Source: a virus
Taxonomy: Duplodnaviria > Caudoviricetes
Virus record (IMG/VR): IMGVR_UViG_3300037455_000173
Coordinates: 1 to 64,000 of that record
Strand: one strand, 5' to 3'
DNA length: 64,000 bases
Below are positions 1 to 9,793 of this stretch, piece after piece. Numbering within the stretch: position 1 is the stretch's first letter; the number at the start of each line of letters is the position of its first letter. The notes under the pieces are model-generated. The model worked only from the letters and a program-made list of their open reading frames with translations, was not told the DNA's origin and made no database searches. A program made the translations under genes and the position numbers.

Positions 1-56
1 ATCTTTAACAAAGGGACCGGTATCTAGCTGATGCTACCGGTCCCTTTGTTAAAGAT
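1..56. repeat. 22-bp perfect inverted repeat at the window start (arms 1-22 and 35-56); possible fold-back assembly artefact
   Basis: ATCTTTAACAAAGGGACCGGTA / TACCGGTCCCTTTGTTAAAGAT are exact reverse complements. Confidence 0.85.
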
Positions 57-1046
57 AAACAAGGTAATATCAGTTCTGATTGGGAAGTTCTTGATTTTGA
101 TGCTAATGATTGTCGACCGGGTGATATCCGTGCTGCTAGTAGTCATAGTCATTGTGATATATTTGTAGCTTATAAGAACAATGATGCTTACGGTTTAAAT
201 TCAGGTGCGGTAAATGCTATATTAGATTCTTCTGCAGCTGGTACGAAATATCTACAAGACAACAATGAGGATGACCTAGCTGCAACCTGGACTATTCAAG
301 ATTCAGATACAGCTAAAACTCTACGGTATGTGCGAGGTAGTGACCAACCTAGTTCAGGTAACAATGTTATTGCTAATGCTGGAAACTCATTAAAGTCATT
401 AGACGTAGAATTAAAGTTTATCAGTCGTCTTACATTCGAATATCGACTAATGACTAATTTAGGTTCTTACCGGCAGAAGATACCAGGTTACTTTCCGGAC
501 GTTGCGTTGTATCCTACAACAGGTGGAACACACGCAAATGACCTATATGGTGATTCTTGGTTACATTTTATACCTACATATTACTATCGATGGACTGATA
601 GTGAACAAGATGCGGAGTGGCGTGCTGCTATTAGAGCTGGATTGATTATGCTATACACATTGGACAATTCAGACCCATTACAGTTCGGTAGAACTGCTTA
701 CCTACATGACGACGGTACTAATGACTATGAACGTTCGAAAGGTCTTGTTCCCTTAATCCGTACGCAATTTCCTGTACATTTTAGGGGTGTGCTTGTAGAC
801 TCAGACACTCGTGAAATAGTATATGGTAGAACCTCTGCTTGGTTTACAAATTCTACTGCAGAAGATTCTTATGCTAATCTTGACAATCTCTTAAAAGCAG
901 CCAGAAATTCTCAGTTTATATCGGATGCTTCTGGTAATAGCCCTGAAGCTGGTGATGCACACGGTTATCTATTTATAAATGATGAACAGACGACATATGA
1001 TAGAAGTGAATATACTACCTGGGTACAGGGAATAGAGGAGGAATGA
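24..1046 (+). CDS. 5'-truncated tail/baseplate-associated protein; the N-terminal part resembles the end of an NlpC/P60-type peptidoglycan hydrolase domain
   Basis: The frame of ORF 330..1046 is open upstream to the window start (…DCRPGDIRAASSHSHCDIFV…); no RBS before GTG 330. Confidence 0.5.
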   Translation, partial: LADATGPFVKDKQGNISSDWEVLDFDANDCRPGDIRAASSHSHCDIFVAYKNNDAYGLNSGAVNAILDSSAAGTKYLQDNNEDDLAATWTIQDSDTAKTLRYVRGSDQPSSGNNVIANAGNSLKSLDVELKFISRLTFEYRLMTNLGSYRQKIPGYFPDVALYPTTGGTHANDLYGDSWLHFIPTYYYRWTDSEQDAEWRAAIRAGLIMLYTLDNSDPLQFGRTAYLHDDGTNDYERSKGLVPLIRTQFPVHFRGVLVDSDTREIVYGRTSAWFTNSTAEDSYANLDNLLKAARNSQFISDASGNSPEAGDAHGYLFINDEQTTYDRSEYTTWVQGIEEE

Positions 1047-2992
1047 GTATGCCTAATGAATATAATAACGATAAGATAGTTCTGCGTGATACTTCAGGTA
1101 ATCAGATGAGTCTTCCTAGGTTCTTCCAATTAGCTTTAACCGACGGTAGTAACGGAACTACACCTTATGCAGGTCCTTCGCGTATGTTTAATACCTGGAT
1201 TATGGAAACTAATCTAAATAATACAGTACCAGTAAGAACACCGGTGTATGGTACTGTGTCGGATTGTGGTAGCGATAGTGTCCGGGGTACTTTCGTTAAG
1301 ATTGATGAAGGTAATGGACGTGTTCATCAGTTCGAAAGTCTAGCATCTGGTTCATTACAGGTTGTAGCAGGTGACCAGGTCAATCAAGGTGATATGCTAG
1401 GTTACATAGGAAATACTGGTTACTCTCCTGGTACTAATCCACACTTATCTTATGTCGTTCTTGACAGTGGTGGTACAGAACTACCAGACCCTATTAATGC
1501 TTTCGATAATACTACCCTGCCAGCAGGTTGGACTATGGACGGAGCGGCATCAGCTGGAAATTGGGATTATATACAGTTAGACCGTACAGCAACTGATTAT
1601 GGACCACCGGGTGGTGATGTACCAAGTGAGCCATTTTTTACCGACCAACCTTGTTATGATATTTCTCACCCACAAGGCGGTAACGCAATTAATCCGATTA
1701 TACAGTCGCAAGCTGGCGGTGTAATTATCGGTGTAGGTAGATTTGGTTGGGATGATGGTCAAGGTCATAGTGGTTCTGACGGTTATGTAGAACAAACAAC
1801 CTGGCCTACCGACATTGCTGCAGCAAAGGGTAATATTCCGTTCGGTTTATATTTCTATAGTTACATTAAAGCTTCAGAATATGAACAATATGGTTTTGAG
1901 CAGGGTTTAACTTCACTTCAAAATGCAGGAATTACACCGGCAGATGTATCGATGGGAATTTGGATAGACATTGAAGATGCGATTACAGTTACTACCGATA
2001 AAGCAAGAAACTTCGCTCTAGTTCAGAAATTCTGTAATACATTCTTAAACGCAGGTTACCCGTTGGTTGGATTGTACTCGATGGCTTCTGGTTTGCGAAA
2101 TTGGTATAATCAATCAGACTTAGCAGAGTTTCCATTATGGGCAGCAGCTATAGGTGATGGTCAAATCACATTTGCAAACGCTACTCGTGATAATCCATAT
2201 CTAACAAATTTTCTCCCGGAAGACTTGTACAAGAACGTATACCTATTTCAATACTCTTGGGTACAACGAGTTGCAGGTTATAATGATAACCTTGACGGAG
2301 ACCGAGTACTTCTACCTATGCCTACTGAAGGTGGTGGCGGAGGTGGTGGCGGAGGTGGTGACTACACCGAAGTCATCAATGTCACTGTTGAGGTAATTGC
2401 ACCTAAACGTATCTATTTCTCACCAAACCCTGGTATAATTCAGACTGAATCTGAATTATTAAGCGAACGTACTGCTACTATTGAAATTACCACTGACGCA
2501 GACAACGCATACCTTTATTATACCACTGATGGTTCTGCACCGTATCAATATACTCCTGTACTTGGGGGCGTGGTGAATGCTGTAGCAGCTAACGCATTGC
2601 TTTACGATGAACCGATAGTTATTAATAAAGATACACATATACGAGTGGTTGCTGTACCTGCAGGAAAAGAACCCGGTGATATATTTGAAAAACCGTTAGC
2701 TAAGGGTTCAGGTACATATCTATTCGAATATCACAATCTATCCCAAGAATGGGAAGAGGAACAAAAGTCATATGCTACTTCTGACGACAATACCTCATTC
2801 TTTGAAGAAAATCTACAAGCATTTCTACGTGTGCATGCTGAGCTAACCGAAGAGGAAGTGCTATACACAGATGTATATACGCATGACTCTCAGGTAGAAG
2901 AGGAAGACGCTAAAGATGATGCAAGTACAACCGATTCCGATGAGCCCATTCCTATTCCACCAGAGACTGAATCTGAACAGGTAGGTGATTAA
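1043..2992 (+). CDS. Multidomain peptidoglycan hydrolase: M23-like peptidase + GH25 muramidase + Fn3-associated/chitobiase-like domain + acidic tail
   Basis: M23-like GDQVNQGDMLGYIGNTGYS…PHL; GH25 motifs YDISHPQG, GLYFYSY, WIDIED, LWAA, FQYS, LDGD; LYYTTDGSAP…LYDEPIVI. Confidence 0.8.
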   Translation: MSMPNEYNNDKIVLRDTSGNQMSLPRFFQLALTDGSNGTTPYAGPSRMFNTWIMETNLNNTVPVRTPVYGTVSDCGSDSVRGTFVKIDEGNGRVHQFESLASGSLQVVAGDQVNQGDMLGYIGNTGYSPGTNPHLSYVVLDSGGTELPDPINAFDNTTLPAGWTMDGAASAGNWDYIQLDRTATDYGPPGGDVPSEPFFTDQPCYDISHPQGGNAINPIIQSQAGGVIIGVGRFGWDDGQGHSGSDGYVEQTTWPTDIAAAKGNIPFGLYFYSYIKASEYEQYGFEQGLTSLQNAGITPADVSMGIWIDIEDAITVTTDKARNFALVQKFCNTFLNAGYPLVGLYSMASGLRNWYNQSDLAEFPLWAAAIGDGQITFANATRDNPYLTNFLPEDLYKNVYLFQYSWVQRVAGYNDNLDGDRVLLPMPTEGGGGGGGGGGDYTEVINVTVEVIAPKRIYFSPNPGIIQTESELLSERTATIEITTDADNAYLYYTTDGSAPYQYTPVLGGVVNAVAANALLYDEPIVINKDTHIRVVAVPAGKEPGDIFEKPLAKGSGTYLFEYHNLSQEWEEEQKSYATSDDNTSFFEENLQAFLRVHAELTEEEVLYTDVYTHDSQVEEEDAKDDASTTDSDEPIPIPPETESEQVGD

Positions 2993-2993
2993 T

Positions 2994-4220
2994 ATGTATC
3001 TCATTAATGAGATTAGTAACCGCGATTTATCCCTATTGTATTCATATCGTATCTTAAGGCAGCCTTCTGATTTTATTTCAGCAATCTATTCGGGTGCAGA
3101 ACCGTTGGTTACTGAAATCTTTGAAGGTGAGAGTACGCAGTTCAAAGACGAAGACGACTCACCACTGTATGCATTTAATCTAGATATAAATCTAGACAAT
3201 ACTAAGATTCCTTATCTAGAATTCGATGCAACTACAGACTATGACAAGAAACACCTAGAAACATTACTCTATCTTGAAGATAATGTTATCTATGGTAAAT
3301 CTGCTTCCTTTTCCAAACCAGTTCAGGTAAAAATCTATCTGGTTGATTCTTTGGAAACTATCCGAAAAGCAATAGATAGTTATATCGAGGAAATTAGTAT
3401 GCTTGATTTATCTAAACTAAAAGAAGCATATGAACAGAAAAAGAATCAGCCTAAGGGTGTAGCCAATATTAATGGTAATGATTCCAATATAGTTCAATAT
3501 GCTAATAGCAACGGTAAATTATCAATCAAAGATACTGGATATACTATTACTTCAGCTTTAGACGCGCAATTGCTAGTAAACCCGAGTCAAGAACTGCTAA
3601 TGACCTTACCTAGTAAGCTAAAACATAATATCAACATATCCATTACAGACGGCGGTACCCGTTATTTATCTGCATTTTCAGGGTATACCATTAACATTAA
3701 GGGTAATGGTAATTGGGTTATGCGTGACGTAGATAGTGGTATTAATTTTGTAAATGGTAGTGGTAAGATATATCTATGGAATTGTAAGTTAGTTCATTTC
3801 AGAAATAGTATCGAGGACAATGCAAGTAGAGATGTCTATCGTTGTTCTTATCTGCACGCACACAGAAGTTTGGTTATACTAAACCAGGGTTCTATCGACG
3901 AATTATACCTGGTAGGCGGTAGTACCTTGATAGAGGTACCTCATCAGACTCCATCGATATCGTTAGGTACTAAGATAAATAAGGTCATGCTTATAGGGCA
4001 TGGCTGCGCATTATATAGCTGGATGTCAGCTATTGCAGTTGACCCTACTCACATATTAGGATTAGCTTGGTGGTGTAATATTACTACCAAAGATACTGTT
4101 CTATATGTAGCTGGTAGACGCATAGACGAAGTCAGCGGTGAACACGATGCAGAGTTACAACCTAGTCAGATTCTAGAGTATGATGTTGATAATATTCATA
4201 TTAAGTTAGGAGGTAGTTAA
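2994..4220 (+). CDS. Tail-tip/baseplate protein, paralogue 1 of 3 (beta-helix-like C-terminal half)
   Basis: Shared N-terminus (ISNRDLSLLYSYRILR, IPYLEF) with the next two ORFs; ATG 2994 follows an AGGTG RBS. Confidence 0.55.
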   Translation: MYLINEISNRDLSLLYSYRILRQPSDFISAIYSGAEPLVTEIFEGESTQFKDEDDSPLYAFNLDINLDNTKIPYLEFDATTDYDKKHLETLLYLEDNVIYGKSASFSKPVQVKIYLVDSLETIRKAIDSYIEEISMLDLSKLKEAYEQKKNQPKGVANINGNDSNIVQYANSNGKLSIKDTGYTITSALDAQLLVNPSQELLMTLPSKLKHNINISITDGGTRYLSAFSGYTINIKGNGNWVMRDVDSGINFVNGSGKIYLWNCKLVHFRNSIEDNASRDVYRCSYLHAHRSLVILNQGSIDELYLVGGSTLIEVPHQTPSISLGTKINKVMLIGHGCALYSWMSAIAVDPTHILGLAWWCNITTKDTVLYVAGRRIDEVSGEHDAELQPSQILEYDVDNIHIKLGGS

Positions 4221-4222
4221 CG

Positions 4223-5473
4223 GTGTTCTATGACATTGGTTCAATAACAAATCGGAATATACAACTTCTGTATGAATATAGAATACTGCGAGAACCCTCA
4301 GATAATCTAACTGCAATATGTCGGGATAGCACACCTCAGCATATTTCAGAATTACATTGGGTAGAGAGTGACCGAGAAATTGATGGTTTCGATACGGTGT
4401 ATGTAGCCAGACTTGAAGGAATTACACCAATCGACAATCTAGTACCATTTCTTGAATTTAATCCTACCAACGGTGTAGATTGGAAGTGGATTGCAGATTT
4501 TATCGATGTTGAAATTGTTGAGAATGTTGTTAATTTATATAGTAGCAGCAATCACCTAGACCAATTAGATACATCAATATACTGGTGTTATTCACTTCGG
4601 CATATAGATGCATTATTAACCGACATATTAGAAAACGATTTGAAGAAATTAATCGACGAGTATGACAAATTGGAAAATGAGATACGAAACTTTAAAGATA
4701 CTGGTAATTATCTAAAACGTCCTGAAGGATTAGTACCAAACCTTGTCAAGATACAGCAAGACAATAATGGTACGCAATTGGTAGATTCTTTATACAGAAT
4801 AATGACAGCTGAAAGAAATAGACTGTTCGTAAATTATTCTCAGGACAGCCTAAATCAATTTGAGCACATATTCAACGAATCGGTGGAATTTAGATTTATT
4901 AACCGAGACCATTATGTTCTTGATGGTTTTGTAGCACCTGTAATCCTTGTATCGGGTATAGGTGATTTAGTTCTAAAAAACCTATCTGGTCAAGTTCTAG
5001 TCACCCGTTGGTTGGGTACAGTTACGGTTATTAATTGTCCTGAAGTTCATCTAACTGCGGTAAACGCAAGCGATATATGTCAACTATCTACATTGCAGAT
5101 AGACCGAAATAGTACCGTGTATCTTGAAAATCAGGTTCATCAGATTATGGACATAAGAATGTATGGTAATAGTATCTGCCGTCATTGGCGAGCTAATGTA
5201 CGGTTTGTCAGCTACATAGGTCCTGGTTGTACATATTGGTGTTCAGCTCAGGTTTCAGTACCAGGCAGGGTACAATTACCCGAGGTGTATAACCTAAATT
5301 CTAATACGATTTTCGAGATTAGAGTACATGATATAATCGGTTCTCTCGTATCAGACTTTAATAATATACTAATCGTAGGTCAGAAAAACCTGACTCCTAG
5401 ATTAGGTAACTGTGATGCAGAACCCGAACCTGGTATGTATGTATCTTCTTGGAGAGCTGATTATAATCAATAA
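4223..5473 (+). CDS. Tail-tip/baseplate protein, paralogue 2 of 3
   Basis: ITNRNIQLLYEYRILR, VPFLEF; AGGAGG RBS. Confidence 0.55.
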   Translation: MFYDIGSITNRNIQLLYEYRILREPSDNLTAICRDSTPQHISELHWVESDREIDGFDTVYVARLEGITPIDNLVPFLEFNPTNGVDWKWIADFIDVEIVENVVNLYSSSNHLDQLDTSIYWCYSLRHIDALLTDILENDLKKLIDEYDKLENEIRNFKDTGNYLKRPEGLVPNLVKIQQDNNGTQLVDSLYRIMTAERNRLFVNYSQDSLNQFEHIFNESVEFRFINRDHYVLDGFVAPVILVSGIGDLVLKNLSGQVLVTRWLGTVTVINCPEVHLTAVNASDICQLSTLQIDRNSTVYLENQVHQIMDIRMYGNSICRHWRANVRFVSYIGPGCTYWCSAQVSVPGRVQLPEVYNLNSNTIFEIRVHDIIGSLVSDFNNILIVGQKNLTPRLGNCDAEPEPGMYVSSWRADYNQ

Positions 5474-5484
5474 GGAGGTGTAAC

Positions 5485-7869
5485 ATGATTTATCAATTAG
5501 GTCAGGTGTCTAATCGAGACACCCAGTTGCTGTATTTCTATAGAATATTACGCCACTCTTCTACGGAATTGTCAGCACTATATCGATATGATAATCCCGA
5601 TGTATTTCTTCTTGATAGTGCTAACGAAATCTATATAGACGATGAAGTTTGGTTTGAGTATAGACTGGCTTGTAGTCCTGTAGATAATCGAATACCATAT
5701 CTTGAATTTATCTGTGATAATGAGGTAGAGCTAAAGCATATAGAAGATTTAGTTGAAGTAGAAACTAAACCTAACGAATTAATTATTCGAGGTAGAACTG
5801 ATAAATTAACAGATGCCACTTCGGTAGCTGTCTATTGGCTTCCTTCACTGGCTTATATTGAACAGCTACAAGATAATATTAAGTCTCAAATAGATAATTT
5901 AAAAAATCGAGCTAAGGAATATCAAAATCTGATTAAGAACATTACCATCAGTTCTGATTATGTACTAAATCTAAACGGTAATGTTCCTAACCTAGTTAAT
6001 ATAGGTAAAGACGAGACTGGATTAATCTATGATGACTCTGGGTATATGCTATCAGGTTCGGTAGCAGAACAGACATTGATAAATCCGCCACAACGATTGG
6101 TATCAAGTCTTCTAAAATCTCATGTAGGTACGCTTACAATAAATGATGTTAGCACTGCTCAGAAAGTTTATCAAGGATTTTATGGTGGTTGTATAAAGTT
6201 ATCCGGTAACTATACAACACTGGTATTAAAAGATATTACCTCGATTGTATTATTAAATGGTATTAAAGCCGATACTGTTATTATTGAGAATTGCCCTGCA
6301 GTAATGTTCAGAAGAGATATAAGGTTTGAAGGTAGCTCTAAAGATATAGGCAGACTTGAGGTAAGAAATTCATACCTTACGATTAACCAAAGAATTAATA
6401 TACACGACATCTGGTGTTATCGTAGAAGTACCATAGTCTTGATGAAAGGTACTATACATACTGTCGGATTTGTTGAAGCGGGTTCTTCTTTAATTTATGA
6501 TACTCCTAATGAACACAACACGATTGAAGAAATCAAAACCAGTGCGCTTCAAGGTTTGTTCTATACCAGCAATGCACCGGAAGAGCAACCTTATCTTGAT
6601 GAGATATTTATGGCTCAGAAACCAATATCATTTCAGCGAGGTCAGGTTGATGACCCGGTACCTATATCTGAAGCTAATGTCAGCATTGAGCTAAAGCATC
6701 ATGGTAAACCCGGACCAGGACCTGGTCCTTCACCTGGTGGTAAGATATACTCTCCATTCACCGATTGGTACTGGTCAGGTGACTCAAGAACTGTTGGTAT
6801 AATCGATGCTACAGGTACCGACGGTAAGGGTTATGTAGGTGAATCATTACCTAAGCTACGTGAAGTACAAGGTGAAATTGAAAGTGAAGGTAACCAGCAT
6901 AATATTATACTATGGTGGGGTGTAAATGGATTAAGCTACGGTGCAAGCGACTATGCAGATGTTTATCGTGATATAGCTGATAATGTCGGAAGTAATGCCA
7001 TGGTATTTGTAGGTACAGTCGGACACTGTCCTGACGGTACAGGTAGTGGTAAAGTAGACGGCGGCGGTGGTCAGGACTTAGGTCCCTTTAACGACGAAAT
7101 AGAACAATTCAATGAGGATTTGAAGGCAGCTCTAGGAAATGTTGCTAATGTACACGTCCTAGACATAGACAGTTATATTAAAGAACTTGAACAGGATAAA
7201 GGTGCAGCCTGGTTAACGAATGATAACCTACACTATAAACCAGCAGCTTCACAAATGATTTACGATTGGGTTTGTAATCAGATTACAAATGTCGACCCTG
7301 GTGATTTTCCAGATGCCCCTACAGACACTAATGCAGGTAGAATTTGGAATTGGTTTAAGTATGCGAACATACCGAATGTGTCTAATAGACCTGAGTTAAT
7401 CGCAGGTATTATAGGTAATTGCCAACAAGAATCTTATAATGCTATCGACTTACTCGGTCAGAATGGTACCTATTACGGTCCTTGGTGCGAGTCTCAGGTT
7501 GGATTTAGAAATACAGTTACCGCTGCGGGATATTCATTCCATCAATATACACCGTCACCTGGTGACGATTCAGCGGCTATACCTACTATATTTACCTGGT
7601 TAACTCAGCAAAGTGGCAGTTGGGTTAATTGGCTTGCAGGTGTTATTGACCAAGTTTCAAGTCAAACAGGTGAAGCTGGTGCAAGAGCATTTGCTGAATT
7701 ATTCTGTGTATGTATAGAGAGATGTGTCGGAGGTGCGGATGCAGTAATTGACCCTGGTGTACACCAGATAATGGTTAATTATTATGGCGGTACTGTTTAT
7801 CTTTATCAAGACTTGGGTAATCGTCGAGACAATGCGGCTGCTATCTATCATCAGTTCATGGGTATCTAA
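5485..7869 (+). CDS. Tail-tip protein, paralogue 3, extended by an SGNH/GDSL esterase and a phage-tail-lysozyme-like domain
   Basis: VSNRDTQLLYFYRILR; PGPGPGPSPG linker; SGNH blocks GDSRT, WGVN, DNLH; lysozyme-like IAGIIGNCQQES…R..NA..IY. Confidence 0.7.
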   Translation: MIYQLGQVSNRDTQLLYFYRILRHSSTELSALYRYDNPDVFLLDSANEIYIDDEVWFEYRLACSPVDNRIPYLEFICDNEVELKHIEDLVEVETKPNELIIRGRTDKLTDATSVAVYWLPSLAYIEQLQDNIKSQIDNLKNRAKEYQNLIKNITISSDYVLNLNGNVPNLVNIGKDETGLIYDDSGYMLSGSVAEQTLINPPQRLVSSLLKSHVGTLTINDVSTAQKVYQGFYGGCIKLSGNYTTLVLKDITSIVLLNGIKADTVIIENCPAVMFRRDIRFEGSSKDIGRLEVRNSYLTINQRINIHDIWCYRRSTIVLMKGTIHTVGFVEAGSSLIYDTPNEHNTIEEIKTSALQGLFYTSNAPEEQPYLDEIFMAQKPISFQRGQVDDPVPISEANVSIELKHHGKPGPGPGPSPGGKIYSPFTDWYWSGDSRTVGIIDATGTDGKGYVGESLPKLREVQGEIESEGNQHNIILWWGVNGLSYGASDYADVYRDIADNVGSNAMVFVGTVGHCPDGTGSGKVDGGGGQDLGPFNDEIEQFNEDLKAALGNVANVHVLDIDSYIKELEQDKGAAWLTNDNLHYKPAASQMIYDWVCNQITNVDPGDFPDAPTDTNAGRIWNWFKYANIPNVSNRPELIAGIIGNCQQESYNAIDLLGQNGTYYGPWCESQVGFRNTVTAAGYSFHQYTPSPGDDSAAIPTIFTWLTQQSGSWVNWLAGVIDQVSSQTGEAGARAFAELFCVCIERCVGGADAVIDPGVHQIMVNYYGGTVYLYQDLGNRRDNAAAIYHQFMGI

Positions 7870-7900
7870 CTTCGAAAACATCGTGCTTTTCTGTTATAAT
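7868..7900 (+). promoter_or_regulatory. Class I promoter AACTTCG-N20-TATAAT
   Basis: Conserved bipartite motif; overlaps the stop codon of the upstream gene. Confidence 0.8.
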
Positions 7901-7928
7901 AAGTTTACAAACTTCAGGAGGATATATT

Positions 7929-8852
7929 ATGAAGGCAAATTACATGGTGGGTATTATAACGTACATACCCGAAACTGACCGTGGTAAGGCACGTATTCCT
8001 ATACATAGAACTCAGTTATCTTGGTTAGAAGAATTATCTACACAGGTAAGAGATGAGTTTGATGTGTATAGAGTAGAAAGTGCTTGGGGTCCGACTGCAC
8101 AGAAAGAACTTACTACCTCATTATCATTAAAACCTATAGTAGTTGATAAGCACACTTGCGCGGTCAATCGTAACTATCTACTGGAAGAGTTCTATGCATC
8201 TGATTATGATTGGCTATTTATGCTTGATGACGATAGAATCTTCTATGACCACTATCGTTACTCAGATTGGTTCGATGATTTATCATCACCAGGCGTAATG
8301 GAACTATGTAAACAAGGTTATATGATTTCTTGTATCTTACCTATGTATGAACCATTTAAGAAAGTAAATTATGAATGGCAATGGCATGAGACACATTGGT
8401 ATATGGGTAAAGACCCTATCAAGGGTAGTCTACAATCATGTTTTATCCCTAATATCAAAAAACATCAAGGAAAAGAAGTGTTTTTCGATAAAGAAACAGC
8501 AGCTCAACTTAATGAACCACCGGAGGATACCATGTTCCAACTAGATTGGATTAAAGCCGGCGGTCATTGCATTCGTAATCGTTTTCTGATAGGTAAAGAG
8601 ATAGGTCAATCAGCTGGCGAGAAAAGTATGATATATGAGTCCTTAGAAGAACGACGTAAGATAGAAGAAGGACATGAAATCTGGTTCGAGAACTACCTAA
8701 AAGAGCTTTATCCTAGAAATCCTAGATGCTGGACTAGACGTGGATTTAATGCTCAGTATAATCAGGAATTCAAAACACTCATTCCTAGAACAAATCATTA
8801 TGTATTTGAAGATAAGGATTTACCTAGAAACGTACTTAAAGCAAAGGATTAA
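7929..8852 (+). CDS. GT-A-fold glycosyltransferase-like protein, possibly DNA-modifying
   Basis: NRNYLLEEFYASDYDWLFMLDDD (DxD motif) and a later ED motif (PPEDTMF). Confidence 0.6.
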   Translation: MKANYMVGIITYIPETDRGKARIPIHRTQLSWLEELSTQVRDEFDVYRVESAWGPTAQKELTTSLSLKPIVVDKHTCAVNRNYLLEEFYASDYDWLFMLDDDRIFYDHYRYSDWFDDLSSPGVMELCKQGYMISCILPMYEPFKKVNYEWQWHETHWYMGKDPIKGSLQSCFIPNIKKHQGKEVFFDKETAAQLNEPPEDTMFQLDWIKAGGHCIRNRFLIGKEIGQSAGEKSMIYESLEERRKIEEGHEIWFENYLKELYPRNPRCWTRRGFNAQYNQEFKTLIPRTNHYVFEDKDLPRNVLKAKD

Positions 8853-8858
8853 TAAGCT

Positions 8859-9686
8859 ATGATATTTAGCGCAGATTGGTATCCTACCGACGCAACTACT
8901 GGTTGGAAATTAGATGGTGCAGAAATAATTTTCGACGAAGCTCTGGTCAATAAGATACAAGAATTTAAGAATAACACTGGTGTCTACCTAACATTACATT
9001 CACCTATGTCAGTAGCAATTGGCAGTAAAAAACCAGGAGTAAGGTTTATGAGTACAGAAATTATCTGTACTCATTTACTTGCTTTGCGTAGAATACAACC
9101 TAATGTTACTAACCGGATTGTAGTCCATGCTGCTAATTTCTCAGACCGTTCACCTGAAGAGGTGTATGAGATACAAAGAAAAACGCTATGGTCTCTGTGG
9201 TATAAGATGAAGGAAAAAGGTCTGTTAGATAGTTCACTAATCTGTATTGAAAATCTAGGTAAGATAAGTCAAGTCGGTGACGTGGCAGATATAATAAGAC
9301 TTTGCAATCTTACTGATAATTTTATTCCATGCATCGATTTCGGTCATTTACACGGTAGGACCCTAGGTAAATTACTAAACACCAAAGAAGAATTTGAAGC
9401 GGTATTCAACCAGCTTTATGCAGGATTACCTGCTTGGAAAGTGAATTATATGCATATTCATTTTTCTAAACTTGAATATACAGATAAGGGTGAAAAAAGA
9501 CACGTACCGTTTTCAATACGTGAAGCGGGACCTAAACCCAGTCTATTCTTACGCTCGTTACCAGCACGGCAAGATTTTAATCCAGTCATTATATGCGAGT
9601 CACCGAATTCATACGCAGACGGGCGACGTTTGCAGAGAAATCATTATGCGAGATTACAATCTATGCAAGATGAAATACGGTTGTAA
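8859..9686 (+). CDS. Endonuclease IV-like / AP endonuclease family 2 TIM-barrel protein
   Basis: Metal-ligand motifs LHSP, VVH, IENLGK, CIDFGH, HIHFS, RH, IICESP. Confidence 0.8.
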   Translation: MIFSADWYPTDATTGWKLDGAEIIFDEALVNKIQEFKNNTGVYLTLHSPMSVAIGSKKPGVRFMSTEIICTHLLALRRIQPNVTNRIVVHAANFSDRSPEEVYEIQRKTLWSLWYKMKEKGLLDSSLICIENLGKISQVGDVADIIRLCNLTDNFIPCIDFGHLHGRTLGKLLNTKEEFEAVFNQLYAGLPAWKVNYMHIHFSKLEYTDKGEKRHVPFSIREAGPKPSLFLRSLPARQDFNPVIICESPNSYADGRRLQRNHYARLQSMQDEIRL

Positions 9687-9699
9687 TGTACCTACATTA

Positions 9700-9732
9700 A
9701 ACTTCGTGTGCGTGGTTTTAATATGTTATAAT
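9700..9732 (+). promoter_or_regulatory. Class I promoter AACTTCG-N20-TATAAT
   Basis: Motif match followed by ATAGGTACAGTAA. Confidence 0.85.
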
Positions 9733-9793
9733 ATAGGTACAGTAAAACACAACACAGGTTTATAAAAACCAGAAAGTAACAGGAGGTAATTTT

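Noticed and set aside
2330-2360. GGT/GGC repeat
   Set aside because: Encodes a poly-Gly interdomain linker; nothing further is indicated.
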